IMG/VR virus record: IMGVR_UViG_3300044268_002704
Location: 1-25,988 of that record
DNA length: 25,988 nt
DNA from: a virus
Lineage: Duplodnaviria > Caudoviricetes
Strand: one strand, 5' to 3'
Shown here: in pieces, positions 14,161 to 24,464 of the stretch
Layout: each line of letters starts with the position of its first letter
How positions within the stretch are numbered: the first letter of the stretch is position 1
Translations under genes and position numbers: made by a program
The notes under the pieces: generated by a model
What the model was told of the DNA's origin: nothing
The model's database searches: none
What the model saw: only the letters and a program-made list of their open reading frames with translations

Positions 14161-16977
14161 TTAGTTTTTCATAGCCTCAATTCGAACTCGTAATCCTGGA
14201 TACTTTTGTAACAACAATTCTTTTCCACTTTCTCTAGCATCAGTCAATATGCTATTTAGTCTTATATAGCGATCTTCTAAATCACTTATTTGATAATCAT
14301 TTTTTTTTATTTCAGCATTTAATTTTGCTAATAAACTTTCGTTAGGATTGTAACCTCTATCATTCTCATCTAAATGAACATTTTTATTTAATTTGTTTGA
14401 GTTGTTAATAAAACGAATGTGATCATTAATTTGCTCAGATGATAATTGAATGCCACCTATTTTTTCTTTGTGACTTGTAAAAGTTCCAACTCTTCTCTCG
14501 GATAAAAATGTTAATTCTTCATTAAGTTTAGTAAATTGTGGATTTGATATTCTGATTGGTGAAACTAAATTATAATTTAGACCGTCACTTTGTTGTTTTA
14601 CTTCTCCCCACATATTTAAACCATCTGGTAAGGTTTCAGAAAAACGAGGATTTCTACTTAAAGCCTGATTATAAGATTCATAAAAACCTTTCATAACAGT
14701 AGGTAAATAAGCATATTCCGCTTTAATTAATTGTTCTTCAGAAAGTTTTGTACTTGAAGCATCTGGATTTTTTATTCGGTCTATTAAACCTGAATAGGCT
14801 GTAGCACCAACAATATCAATACCAGGTGTATATAAATCCACCATGCCTGTAGCTGTAAAAACGACATCAGATGCTTTTTTAACAAGAAATTTTCCCATAC
14901 GTTCACCAAAACCTTCTGGCACTCCGTATGGATTACCAGCTGCTTTAGCTAATTCTGAAACACCCTGAAGAAATGGCATATTAGTTGCGTACTGAGCTGC
15001 TGCCAATGTTCCTGATTTAAATATATTTTCTAAATCAATTAAGTTTTGACTATCAGAGTTTTGAGCATAGTAAGCATAATCAGCTGCCATAGATAGAACT
15101 GCTGACATAGGATCAAGTCTAGAAAAAGTATATCCAACATAAGTTCCGTCATCTTGTTTAAAATTAATTGAATATCTATCTATACCCATACCTGTTAAAT
15201 ATTTTTGTGCTTTAGGGTCACTTGGTCCACTACCAACTATTTTAATATTATCACCAAATTGACCCATAGCTATAGCTACCATAATACCAAATGTGGCGTT
15301 TCCTAATAAAAGTTTTGACATAGCTCGATCAAACTCTTTTCCACTTTGTTTTGCTGCTCCTGGTAATTTTAATGCCCTATAAACAGGTGACCAATTAAGA
15401 GTTCTATCAAATGCTTCTTTCATAATGTTTGTAGGTGTTTTACTAAATGGAACAATCATTTTACCACCAGGCACTGTGTTAGCTAATTGTACAAAACTTG
15501 ACCAATATCCTTCTGGATTACCTTGAAATGTTCGAATTTTAGCTTCTTGAGCCATCATATCTTTTATAGATTGATTAGGTTCAAGTAATGTATTTGCATA
15601 AGCATTTTGTCCTAAATCTTTAGCTTTTGCTTTACTCAATCCACTTCTTCTTGCATTGTCATAAGCCATAGCACTTTCTCTATAAGCCTCTCTATACAAC
15701 ACTGCTCGTTCAGATATAACTTTAAAAAACTCATCCTCCGAACCTAGAAATCGTCCTGGCAATCTAGCAAATATTCCAAGTATGTCTACAACAGCCATTG
15801 GATCACCTTCCGAAATACTTTTTGTTATATGAGCAATATTATCTGTTCTACCTATGGCTCTTCTGTTTTTAAGGTCAATTTTACTTGCAAAATCTCCTGC
15901 CTCACCTGTAACCATTGATGAACCAAAAGCTTTAAAAGCATCTTTCAAAGACATCATCATTCCATGAGATTCAGCTGCAAACTCTCCTTTGTATACTCTA
16001 TCTCCAACAACTCCTCTTCTACCTCCAAGTGTTCTGACTTCACCAATTATTCCAGCTACACCAGCTTCAGCTGCTTGTTGAATTTGAAATATAGCATTAC
16101 CAGCTGTATTAACAATATGTGTAACAGGGCTTGAGAGTATACCATTTATAAATAATTCCATCAAAGTATCATAAGTTCTTAATGCAAAACTATTTCTTGC
16201 GTATTCTGCTCTACCAGGACTTGGTAAAGATAAAAATGTTTGAGCATGAAAATCTATCATATTATCATCAAGATTGTTAACAAACTCATCTATTCTATTT
16301 GTATAATCACTTAAATTAATATTTTCTAATTTTTGTGTCGCTGATATAGCTCCTAAACCTCTACCATATTCAGATACAGCTCCAGATACCTGACCGAGTA
16401 AATTTGTTTGTAGTGATACAAGTAATTTAAATTCTTTAAATAGTTCTTTTTTCTTTTCAGGGTTAGTTGTTTTAAGTATGACTTTTGATTTTTCCTCTAA
16501 GTCTTGACCAAGTTTTAGGGTTGCTATTAAACCACCTAAAGTATCTTCTACCCTAGGAACTTCTCCAGGTTTTCTTGATAGTAATTTATAAGTTATTTTA
16601 TCAAATCCATTAGCTTCTGCTGCCGCAACCATTGTTTCTATTGTTTGTTTTGGTCTGCGTAAAAACTCAAATAATTCTTTGTTATCATTTTTAATTTTTG
16701 TCAAAAGTTCTGCTAGATTAACTTGGTCTAAACCTTTTGCTTTTATAACAACTTTAGCAATATTTAGACCTGGTCCTTTATACCCATTAAGTTTTAATGA
16801 TTCATTAAGAGCTTTTACAGCATCGGCACTTGCACCCTTAACAAGTATTTCACCACCTTTACCTTTTGATATTTCGTCATCAGGTGCAGAATATTTTCTT
16901 ATTTCTTTTTGTACATCTTCGGCTTTGCCTAGTTGTTGAGATAGATACTCAAGACCTTTTTTAATTTTTTTAACCAT
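14161..16977 (-). CDS. Large internal virion (ejection) protein
   Basis: 938 aa, predicted helical; in the T7 gp16-equivalent position before the tail fibre. Confidence 0.7.
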   Translation of the reverse strand: MVKKIKKGLEYLSQQLGKAEDVQKEIRKYSAPDDEISKGKGGEILVKGASADAVKALNESLKLNGYKGPGLNIAKVVIKAKGLDQVNLAELLTKIKNDNKELFEFLRRPKQTIETMVAAAEANGFDKITYKLLSRKPGEVPRVEDTLGGLIATLKLGQDLEEKSKVILKTTNPEKKKELFKEFKLLVSLQTNLLGQVSGAVSEYGRGLGAISATQKLENINLSDYTNRIDEFVNNLDDNMIDFHAQTFLSLPSPGRAEYARNSFALRTYDTLMELFINGILSSPVTHIVNTAGNAIFQIQQAAEAGVAGIIGEVRTLGGRRGVVGDRVYKGEFAAESHGMMMSLKDAFKAFGSSMVTGEAGDFASKIDLKNRRAIGRTDNIAHITKSISEGDPMAVVDILGIFARLPGRFLGSEDEFFKVISERAVLYREAYRESAMAYDNARRSGLSKAKAKDLGQNAYANTLLEPNQSIKDMMAQEAKIRTFQGNPEGYWSSFVQLANTVPGGKMIVPFSKTPTNIMKEAFDRTLNWSPVYRALKLPGAAKQSGKEFDRAMSKLLLGNATFGIMVAIAMGQFGDNIKIVGSGPSDPKAQKYLTGMGIDRYSINFKQDDGTYVGYTFSRLDPMSAVLSMAADYAYYAQNSDSQNLIDLENIFKSGTLAAAQYATNMPFLQGVSELAKAAGNPYGVPEGFGERMGKFLVKKASDVVFTATGMVDLYTPGIDIVGATAYSGLIDRIKNPDASSTKLSEEQLIKAEYAYLPTVMKGFYESYNQALSRNPRFSETLPDGLNMWGEVKQQSDGLNYNLVSPIRISNPQFTKLNEELTFLSERRVGTFTSHKEKIGGIQLSSEQINDHIRFINNSNKLNKNVHLDENDRGYNPNESLLAKLNAEIKKNDYQISDLEDRYIRLNSILTDARESGKELLLQKYPGLRVRIEAMKN

Positions 16978-18884
16978 TACTCATTCTCCTGACCAACAAC
17001 AAGTGGTGTTGCACTAAACATCGCCATTCCTTTTTTAACTTTTTCTTTTAGCTGTGGTGTTAGTTCTATGGTAAATCTTTTTTCATAACCTTTTGTTTTA
17101 TAAATATATACACTTTTATCTTTTTGTACTGCATTTTTATCTAACTTCTTAACAATCTTCTCTGCATTCTTTGGAACAATCTCATCATAGAATTTAGCCA
17201 CCCCTTCATCATTCCATCGATCCATTTGTGCTTTGCCAGGCGTTATAGATACAAAATCATATCCTTCATCAACTGCTTTAGATAATATTCTTTTTAGAGT
17301 TAGCTGTGTCCATTTATCGGTGTCTGTTATGAATGGTGCTGGAGGAGCAGTATTATCTAATACTCTTCTTTCATATTCCTCTAAAGAAGTATCTTGTATA
17401 TTTGGCATATAGCTTTGCTCTTTTCTATATGTTTGACCCCAATCCGATTGAATCTCCTCTATATAAAATACTTTCTTACCATCGCTTGTTGTTCTATCTT
17501 TTGTTCTAAAATGAGCAATGACATTCTCTTCATCAAAATGACTTTCGTCAAATTGCACTTTAGGATTATTATATTTAATTAAAAACTCTCGGTAATTATC
17601 TCCGCCTGGTTCTGTGTATTCTCCAAACCTTGTCATTTGTTTTGGTGGGTCAATAAGACCTTCATCTACCATATTTTGTTCAGCTTGTATTACAGCTTCG
17701 TCAAATGATTTTATATTTTGCCGTCCTCTTCCTATAAACTTATTTGATTCTGTTTCTCTCATTTCTGCTTCTGATTTATATACCTCATATCCTTGGTCAT
17801 TACCTCCTTTAATTACATATCCTGTTTCAGGATCAACAAATGTGTAAGTAACTTGATAATTATTTTCTTCTAAACTGCCTTTAGCTTCGTAATCATCTTT
17901 TTCACCTCCTAAAAACCTTTGTCTTAGATTTCCAAAATTGTTCATTTCCTCTCTTCCATAAAATCTTGGATCATCAACATCACCTTTTAATTCAACCTCA
18001 TCTAACTCTATTCTATTTGCATTGATCTGATCTTGTATTTCTTGTTTCGTAATCTTGCCTTTATTAAGAACATCATCAAGTCCTAGCCATTCTATCTCAT
18101 CTGGTTTTACTCCAGCTTTAAGTAATTGTTGGCGATACTGTTGTCCTGTGCCTTTGTTTTGTTTTAACTGATTAGTTACTTCTTCTGCTTTAGAGTAAAA
18201 GTTAAGGCGGTCTGTTTTTGGTTTAAGATTTACAACCTCGCCTTTGTTAGGAGCTAGTTTAGATAATCCTTTATCAACCATCTTACCCATTTCACCTACA
18301 CCCATACTAGATACAGTTGCTGAACCACGATTTTCATCTACTCTTTTTTGTGCAGCTTCTCCAACTTCTCCTAATTTATTTGTAAGGCTTTTTGCTATTT
18401 GCGGAGCTTTTTTAATACCCACAGCGGCTGGACCTAATAAATCAAAAAACTCTCCAAGGTTAAAACCAGACTTTGCATCTTGCTTTAGCTCTTCACTTAA
18501 ATCTAAGCTATCCATTGCATTGTTAAATAGACCTCTATAAAATTCAGATCCAAAATTTTCTTTAGATAGTCGTTCAAATGTTTCGCCAAATGCTTTAAGT
18601 TTTTTACCATCTTCCGCAGTTAATGCATCTTTTACCGCCACAGGTAAAGCAACAGTAAGATCTGGTATAAAACCAGCGGTAGCAGCTCCAACTCCGCCAC
18701 CTATTCCTGTTACCGCTGACCCTACTTTTTGTAAACCAATACTTATGCTTTCGAGTGTTGCCATTTCTGAATATGGTTTCATAACTAGCATATCGTTTTC
18801 ATCATAATCAAATTCTAGCTCCATACCTGTAGCTCGTAGATTACGACTATCTTCAATATAATCTAAAATATCATCATCATTCAT
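16977..18884 (-). CDS. Virion protein with a C-terminal module of the kind seen in large polyvalent proteins
   Basis: FYSK...GVKPDEIEW...GGDNYRE...HF...EEIQSDW...APF...W...KR. Start set at 18884 from RBS spacing. Confidence 0.65.
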   Translation of the reverse strand: MNDDDILDYIEDSRNLRATGMELEFDYDENDMLVMKPYSEMATLESISIGLQKVGSAVTGIGGGVGAATAGFIPDLTVALPVAVKDALTAEDGKKLKAFGETFERLSKENFGSEFYRGLFNNAMDSLDLSEELKQDAKSGFNLGEFFDLLGPAAVGIKKAPQIAKSLTNKLGEVGEAAQKRVDENRGSATVSSMGVGEMGKMVDKGLSKLAPNKGEVVNLKPKTDRLNFYSKAEEVTNQLKQNKGTGQQYRQQLLKAGVKPDEIEWLGLDDVLNKGKITKQEIQDQINANRIELDEVELKGDVDDPRFYGREEMNNFGNLRQRFLGGEKDDYEAKGSLEENNYQVTYTFVDPETGYVIKGGNDQGYEVYKSEAEMRETESNKFIGRGRQNIKSFDEAVIQAEQNMVDEGLIDPPKQMTRFGEYTEPGGDNYREFLIKYNNPKVQFDESHFDEENVIAHFRTKDRTTSDGKKVFYIEEIQSDWGQTYRKEQSYMPNIQDTSLEEYERRVLDNTAPPAPFITDTDKWTQLTLKRILSKAVDEGYDFVSITPGKAQMDRWNDEGVAKFYDEIVPKNAEKIVKKLDKNAVQKDKSVYIYKTKGYEKRFTIELTPQLKEKVKKGMAMFSATPLVVGQENE

Positions 18885-20664
18885 TACCATAGTCCTTTTG
18901 ATAATCATTAATCTGTTTAAGTAAAGATGAAATAGAAGGTACCGACTTGTTATTATATCTTTTTATTTTACTGTTTTTATTTGACATTATCGCAATTAAA
19001 AGTTGTTCATAATTTTCTATTGAAAATTCATCAGAAATTTGTATGGGTAATTCTAATTTTTGAATATCACTTTTTATTCGTGAAAAATTTGTTGACATAC
19101 CTGTTTTTAATTTTACGGAAATAGCTTTGTTAATCTCATCTTCTTGTGTTTTTAAATTATCATCTAACCATTTATTTACATCAAATGCCTTTAAGTCTTC
19201 TTGTGCTTCGGCAGCGGCAGCTTTTAATCCACCACTTAATTTTGCATATAATCTACTTTCTTTAGTTTCAGCTGCAAGAAGTTGCTTTGGGTTATATGTT
19301 TGCAATCCCTTAACTCTACTTAAAGCAATACCTATTTGATTTTTTTTATCAGTTTGTACTTCTTTAAATAAGTTATCATAATCTGCTTTACTGAGTTCAC
19401 CTCTAAACTTATTTAGTTCGTCAAAATCTAAAATGTTTTTTTCAGCTAACCTTCCTAATCTGTCTTTTTCTAAAGGATTACTTGTTAATCTTTTGCCGCC
19501 AAGTTCTACTCGTTCTCGTTCTATATCAAATATGTCTTTGTTGTCTGGATCAATAGTTTTCATAACAATTAGTTGTTTGTTATATTCATCTATATTATTT
19601 GTGTCTAACGCTTCATAGGCTTTAAGTTTAGATTCTGCAAATTTAGTTTTGCTGTTCTCGTCATCTGAATCGTCTATAGCTTTTTCAAACCTAATTTCAT
19701 CTTCTCTTGCTTGTCGCATTTCTTTAATTAATTTTAATCGATCCTCTGTGTTGAGTTGTCTTAACATGGCATCGATCTGTGAGTTGCCTGTTTTTTTATT
19801 GGCTGTCATGTTTGCAGTATTATTTGATGTTGTTCCTGTCTGTAAACTTATTGCAATAATTTTTGCTTTATATGAATTTAAATGTTCTTTATCTAAAGTT
19901 TCTCTAAGCTTTTGAATTTGAGAGATATTATATTTTCCTTTGGTAAGAGCTTCATTTAATAAAACATTATTTGTCAATGTTCTTCTTTTTACTAATTCAT
20001 CTGAATATTCTTGTTCGGTTTTACCTGGTGTTAGTAAAATATTATCAATGTGTGTAGTAATTCTAGTTAAAGTAGATTCGATTTCAGCAGCAGTAGTTGC
20101 TTTATCTCTTGTAATTTGTATATCTGCTAAATCATTTATGTACCCTTTAAAATGTCCGCCTGTTATTTGTGATAACTCACCTTTTAATTTAATATGATCT
20201 GTTGGACTTACATCTTTTAAAATATTAGAATATCCTAGTGATATAGCATCTAAACCATCAGCCACCTCTTGCGGATCTAACTCTTGTGTTTTTGCTTGAG
20301 TAATGTATTCTGAAAAATCTCTTGACGCTTGTAATTCTATTTCTGAGATTACATTTAAAAAGGCTGTGCTTCGAGCAGCTTTACCTTTTGTTCCAAACCC
20401 AAGTCTTTTTGTAGGATCTTCTCCTGTCTGCGATGCTTGTTCTAACTCCTCCATAGTAATTGGATTAGCAGCTCCATACTGCTCACCTTCTTCTACAACC
20501 TTTTCCGCCATTTGATCATAAAAAAAACTAGACATAGTATTGAGCAACCTGGTCATTTGATCTTGTCCTGAAAGTTGTTGTTCTAAAATACCTACCTCGG
20601 TTGCAGCACTTGGTCTGTATCCTGAACTTAATATTGATCTATTTTGTCGTACTCTTTCAGCCAC
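18877..20664 (-). CDS. Internal virion protein (gp15-like position)
   Basis: 595 aa, helical; assigned by synteny. Confidence 0.65.
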   Translation of the reverse strand: MAERVRQNRSILSSGYRPSAATEVGILEQQLSGQDQMTRLLNTMSSFFYDQMAEKVVEEGEQYGAANPITMEELEQASQTGEDPTKRLGFGTKGKAARSTAFLNVISEIELQASRDFSEYITQAKTQELDPQEVADGLDAISLGYSNILKDVSPTDHIKLKGELSQITGGHFKGYINDLADIQITRDKATTAAEIESTLTRITTHIDNILLTPGKTEQEYSDELVKRRTLTNNVLLNEALTKGKYNISQIQKLRETLDKEHLNSYKAKIIAISLQTGTTSNNTANMTANKKTGNSQIDAMLRQLNTEDRLKLIKEMRQAREDEIRFEKAIDDSDDENSKTKFAESKLKAYEALDTNNIDEYNKQLIVMKTIDPDNKDIFDIERERVELGGKRLTSNPLEKDRLGRLAEKNILDFDELNKFRGELSKADYDNLFKEVQTDKKNQIGIALSRVKGLQTYNPKQLLAAETKESRLYAKLSGGLKAAAAEAQEDLKAFDVNKWLDDNLKTQEDEINKAISVKLKTGMSTNFSRIKSDIQKLELPIQISDEFSIENYEQLLIAIMSNKNSKIKRYNNKSVPSISSLLKQINDYQKDYGNE

Positions 20665-20667
20665 TAT

Positions 20668-21255
20668 CTATCCTCCAAACGCTGGTCCTACTCTACCACC
20701 TGGTGGTAAAGGAACATTTCTTGTACCAGCCTTGCTCTTTCCTTGTAATGATTTAGCTGAGTATCCAGAACCTCCACCAAGGTTCATCCCACTAAAAGCA
20801 CCCGACGAACCAACTTGAGCAACATTCATAACTAATCCTGTAATCGCTTGAGTTCGAGCTTGTCTAGCTGCCATAGCTCCTCGGTACTCTAAATTTCTAG
20901 CTTCTCTTTCTGATTGTTCAATAGCTAAGAAAGCGTCTTGTTCTAATATTCCAACATCTAAAGCTGCGGGTCGTAAGACTTGTTGTTCCGAGAATACTGC
21001 TGCTGATCCTACCTCTGGCAATACACCACTTGAATATCCTCTGGCAATATTACTAGCTAACGCTCTTTTTGTTCGTCTTAGTATTTCATTAGCTGACTCT
21101 TTAGCTTTAACTGCTTCAACTCTACCCTCAAGTCTTTTGTTTCGAGCTTGAGCTTCCATTATGGTTTTTTGTACTTTGCCACTTGCAACAGTTGAACGAT
21201 ACTGTAAAACAGATCCTGCTAAATTAATTGCGGCAAATATTGCTCCTGCACTCAT
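20668..21255 (-). CDS. Internal virion protein (gp14-like position)
   Basis: Ala/Gly/Gln-rich, 195 aa; follows the nozzle gene. Confidence 0.65.
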   Translation of the reverse strand: MSAGAIFAAINLAGSVLQYRSTVASGKVQKTIMEAQARNKRLEGRVEAVKAKESANEILRRTKRALASNIARGYSSGVLPEVGSAAVFSEQQVLRPAALDVGILEQDAFLAIEQSEREARNLEYRGAMAARQARTQAITGLVMNVAQVGSSGAFSGMNLGGGSGYSAKSLQGKSKAGTRNVPLPPGGRVGPAFGG

Positions 21256-23510
21256 TGGCTACCACTTACGCTATACTCTAAACTTAACAAAGTAAAAAAC
21301 AATGGTTTCGTTTGAGTGATTGATATTTGAGCTTCCGTGCTGTACCCTAGTATAGGAGTAATTCGTTTTCTTCCAGTAAATAAAGTTTCAGAAGAATCAA
21401 GGGTATACGGGAACTGTTTAAGACTTACTTCATTTCCATTAATGGCAATATTTTGTGTTTGATGTAGTATAGGAGAAACAGAAACAATTCTTTTTTTTCT
21501 ACCCGTCATTGTTCCAGATGCAAGTTTAGGTTCGGCGGGAAGAGTCTTAGCTAATACATCGTAATGTAATCCTATCTCTACATAAGTGGTGGGAACTTGG
21601 TCAATGGTTATAGCTCCTGACGATACAGTTTTTTCTCCTAAAAATATATCATCTCGAACAACTTCTACAGTTTTACCCTCTAGATGAGTTAACCCTGAAA
21701 CTGTGGTTGACGATGGTTTACTGCCATCCGCAGATCCATTAAATAACTGAAACGATGCATCTGTTGTTCTATCATCATCTAATCGTTCTATGTAATGTTT
21801 TGTGCTACTATTGATCGTTCTTTTTACGACTACATAAATATCATCAATATCCACCGCACAATCTTCATAAGTACCATCCGTTATAAACTCACTTGGAGCA
21901 ACCACCTTTTGTGATCGATGCACGGAATACGCTGCCATAGTCCCGTCCGTACCATTGACTATCATAAGTAAGTCGCCATCATCCGTAGAAGTCGCTCTTC
22001 GAAAAGCAAGTTTGACAGGGTTTTTTAACAAATGACTTGATAATAAAGAAATATTATTTGCTTGATAAGATAATTCTGCATCACTAAATAAAAACTCTCG
22101 CAATGCTTTACCTGATCGTTGTAAAAAAATCGTACCCCCTTCAACAGATACAGGCATAATATTAGGTTTTGATCCAGAAGAAGTTGCAGCTTTGATAGTT
22201 AGGTTGCCAGGAGTTATGGGTTGTCCTTCTGCTTGTTGTACAAAAAATTCATTACCAGTACTAAAGATCTGTAGATCTCGACCAGAACGAATACCCGTAA
22301 TCGCATTGACAGAATCTGAAGATAACAATGCAAAGATAGCATCATCGTCTAAACCTTCTGCTTCAAGAAAATTAAAAAAGTCAGAGACCTTTGATCCAAA
22401 TAAAGCACTCGGTAAAGCCTTAGAACCGCCAAAATATAAACGCCCTTCATGAAACACACCGGAACGAGGAAACCCTCTAGCAGTTGAAAAAACATCTTCA
22501 TAGCCAAGTTCAAATTCATATGCATTTGTTGTAACTGCACTTGTATTAAAAAAGGGAAGTTCTACATGAGCTTTTGCAACTGTAGCAGAATCAATTTCAA
22601 TAATTCTTGCTCGACCAAATCCATTGACTACATTCACAAATTGATTGACCAAACTATCTATCACAAAAGTAGATGTGTTGTCAGGTTGTGTTGTCCAATT
22701 TACAGAAACAGTTGCTACTTTTGAAGATCCTACATAATCAGAAATAATTCGAGTTTGTCCTGATCCTGTTCCTCCAGTAATATTTATTGTCGATCCAATA
22801 AAAATATCATTGGTACTAGAAGCAGAAGTATCTAGCGTTATGGTATTAGACCCCCCTGATTGTGCGGTATTACTTCTGCCAGAATGAAAAATATTACTAG
22901 AAGCGGTCAGGGTAACTGTGCCATCAATCGAGGAGGGGGTAATTGTTCCAGCAGGATTTGTTGTTGTTTTCGTAAACGCAAACTTCGGAGATATTAAACC
23001 AATCGTAGCTGCGGTCCAAGTTGTATTATTAGCACCCCTTACAATCGATAACGGAGCGAGATCTTCATGTAATAAAATTAATGTGTCCGCAGATTGTGTA
23101 AAAGTTATTGCATCAAACGATATATCTCCTAGCGATACAGTTAAATAATTATTACCACTTGCGTTAATATTAGTTTGTAAAACACCCTGCCGAAAAACAA
23201 ACATTCTTGCATTATCGGAAGTAGCAGTAGAAACTTTAACAAACACAAGCATAAAAGAATCTGTGCTTGAAAACTCAAACGGAATCAAACGAATACCCTG
23301 TTGAGCAGTAAACGATCCACCTAAATCAGAAGAAACATCTAGCAAAAATTGTTGTCCTGGTCTTCTTTCAATCGCACCTTGCGGAATACATACGATATTA
23401 GTTGCCTTTTCTAATCCCGCTTGATACTGACTAATATCAACTCGACCTTTTACAAGCGGATCAAACTCTCCCATAGTAAATGATGATTGATACTGAACAA
23501 TTCGACTCAT
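21252..23510 (-). CDS. Tail tubular protein B / nozzle
   Basis: QSSFTMGEFDP...GAIERRPG...RLIPFEFS...FHEGRLYFGG; beta-propeller type. Confidence 0.88.
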   Translation of the reverse strand: MSRIVQYQSSFTMGEFDPLVKGRVDISQYQAGLEKATNIVCIPQGAIERRPGQQFLLDVSSDLGGSFTAQQGIRLIPFEFSSTDSFMLVFVKVSTATSDNARMFVFRQGVLQTNINASGNNYLTVSLGDISFDAITFTQSADTLILLHEDLAPLSIVRGANNTTWTAATIGLISPKFAFTKTTTNPAGTITPSSIDGTVTLTASSNIFHSGRSNTAQSGGSNTITLDTSASSTNDIFIGSTINITGGTGSGQTRIISDYVGSSKVATVSVNWTTQPDNTSTFVIDSLVNQFVNVVNGFGRARIIEIDSATVAKAHVELPFFNTSAVTTNAYEFELGYEDVFSTARGFPRSGVFHEGRLYFGGSKALPSALFGSKVSDFFNFLEAEGLDDDAIFALLSSDSVNAITGIRSGRDLQIFSTGNEFFVQQAEGQPITPGNLTIKAATSSGSKPNIMPVSVEGGTIFLQRSGKALREFLFSDAELSYQANNISLLSSHLLKNPVKLAFRRATSTDDGDLLMIVNGTDGTMAAYSVHRSQKVVAPSEFITDGTYEDCAVDIDDIYVVVKRTINSSTKHYIERLDDDRTTDASFQLFNGSADGSKPSSTTVSGLTHLEGKTVEVVRDDIFLGEKTVSSGAITIDQVPTTYVEIGLHYDVLAKTLPAEPKLASGTMTGRKKRIVSVSPILHQTQNIAINGNEVSLKQFPYTLDSSETLFTGRKRITPILGYSTEAQISITQTKPLFFTLLSLEYSVSGSQ

Positions 23511-24127
23511 GCTCCTCTCACTTCGGTTAAGAGATACTGAGCAATAACGGGTGGAGTTTCTCCCGCACCATCTAAATTAATGGCGGTTCTAAAATAACCT
23601 CCTCGGTTATTATCGGCAGCTCCACCGAGTGCGATGTTTTTATAGTATGCTCCTTTTTCTGTTTGGTCTGTAATGGTTTCCGCTAAGTTCCACGCCAACA
23701 TATAAACAAGTAACTGCGTAAAATAAACAGGAAGCTTACCTTCTACAATATCTTGTTGATAATCTACAAAGATTGAAGTGTTATCCGTTAATAATGTTTC
23801 CCCTTGAATTTGCCAATCTGTGATCGTTGATGCTCCTCGATCCTTTGAGTTATAGACCGATCGTGGCACACTATTTATCATGTCTGGTGGTAGTGAATAT
23901 TGATATAAAAAATGGGCGGTAGGTGCTGTTGATAATCTAGCTAACTCCGCTTTTTTTAATGTAAATGTCCAAGGATACATTCCAAGGGTTGTGGTTTTGA
24001 CTTTGGGATAAATAATATCTAAAGCATTACCAACCGCTGTTCCGTTAGAAAAACTCGCAATCGTATCAGCACCGAGAAGAAGTAATGCTTGATTTGCAAT
24101 GCTTACTTGAGTATCTCCCGTTGCCAT
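23507..24127 (-). CDS. Tail tubular protein A / adaptor
   Basis: IANQALLLLGA...YPWTF...YQYSLPPD. Confidence 0.85.
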   Translation of the reverse strand: MATGDTQVSIANQALLLLGADTIASFSNGTAVGNALDIIYPKVKTTTLGMYPWTFTLKKAELARLSTAPTAHFLYQYSLPPDMINSVPRSVYNSKDRGASTITDWQIQGETLLTDNTSIFVDYQQDIVEGKLPVYFTQLLVYMLAWNLAETITDQTEKGAYYKNIALGGAADNNRGGYFRTAINLDGAGETPPVIAQYLLTEVRGA

Positions 24128-24142
24128 AAAAAATCCTTTATT

Positions 24143-24168
24143 AAAAGTGGAGAGCCGAAGCTCCCCAC
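24143..24168 (-). terminator. Rho-independent terminator after the capsid genes
   Basis: GUGGGGAGC-UUCG-GCUCUCCAC followed by UUUU. Confidence 0.85.
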
Positions 24169-24178
24169 AGTTCGTCTG

Positions 24179-24454
24179 TTAATCTGCGTCCGCTACACTA
24201 AGTGCTGTTCCGTCACTCACATCAACTACTGAAGAAGCGTTGGATAATACAACGACTAAAGAAGCAGTAGGTGTGTTTGAATCATGAACATAAATTAGAT
24301 CACCGACTTTTACTTCATCAGATACTGCATTAAAGTATCCAGAAGTGTTCATTGTTGCTAGACTATCCGTAGTGGTATAAGACCACATCTGGGGTGCAGA
24401 ACCTCGTTTGCTCATGCCCCCAATAGGATTCCAACCTGCTCTTGCAAATGCCAT
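24179..24454 (-). CDS. Small capsid-associated (decoration-like) protein
   Basis: 91 aa, directly after the capsid gene and before the terminator; RBS GGAGGT. Confidence 0.65.
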   Translation of the reverse strand: MAFARAGWNPIGGMSKRGSAPQMWSYTTTDSLATMNTSGYFNAVSDEVKVGDLIYVHDSNTPTASLVVVLSNASSVVDVSDGTALSVADAD

Positions 24455-24464
24455 AATTTACCTC

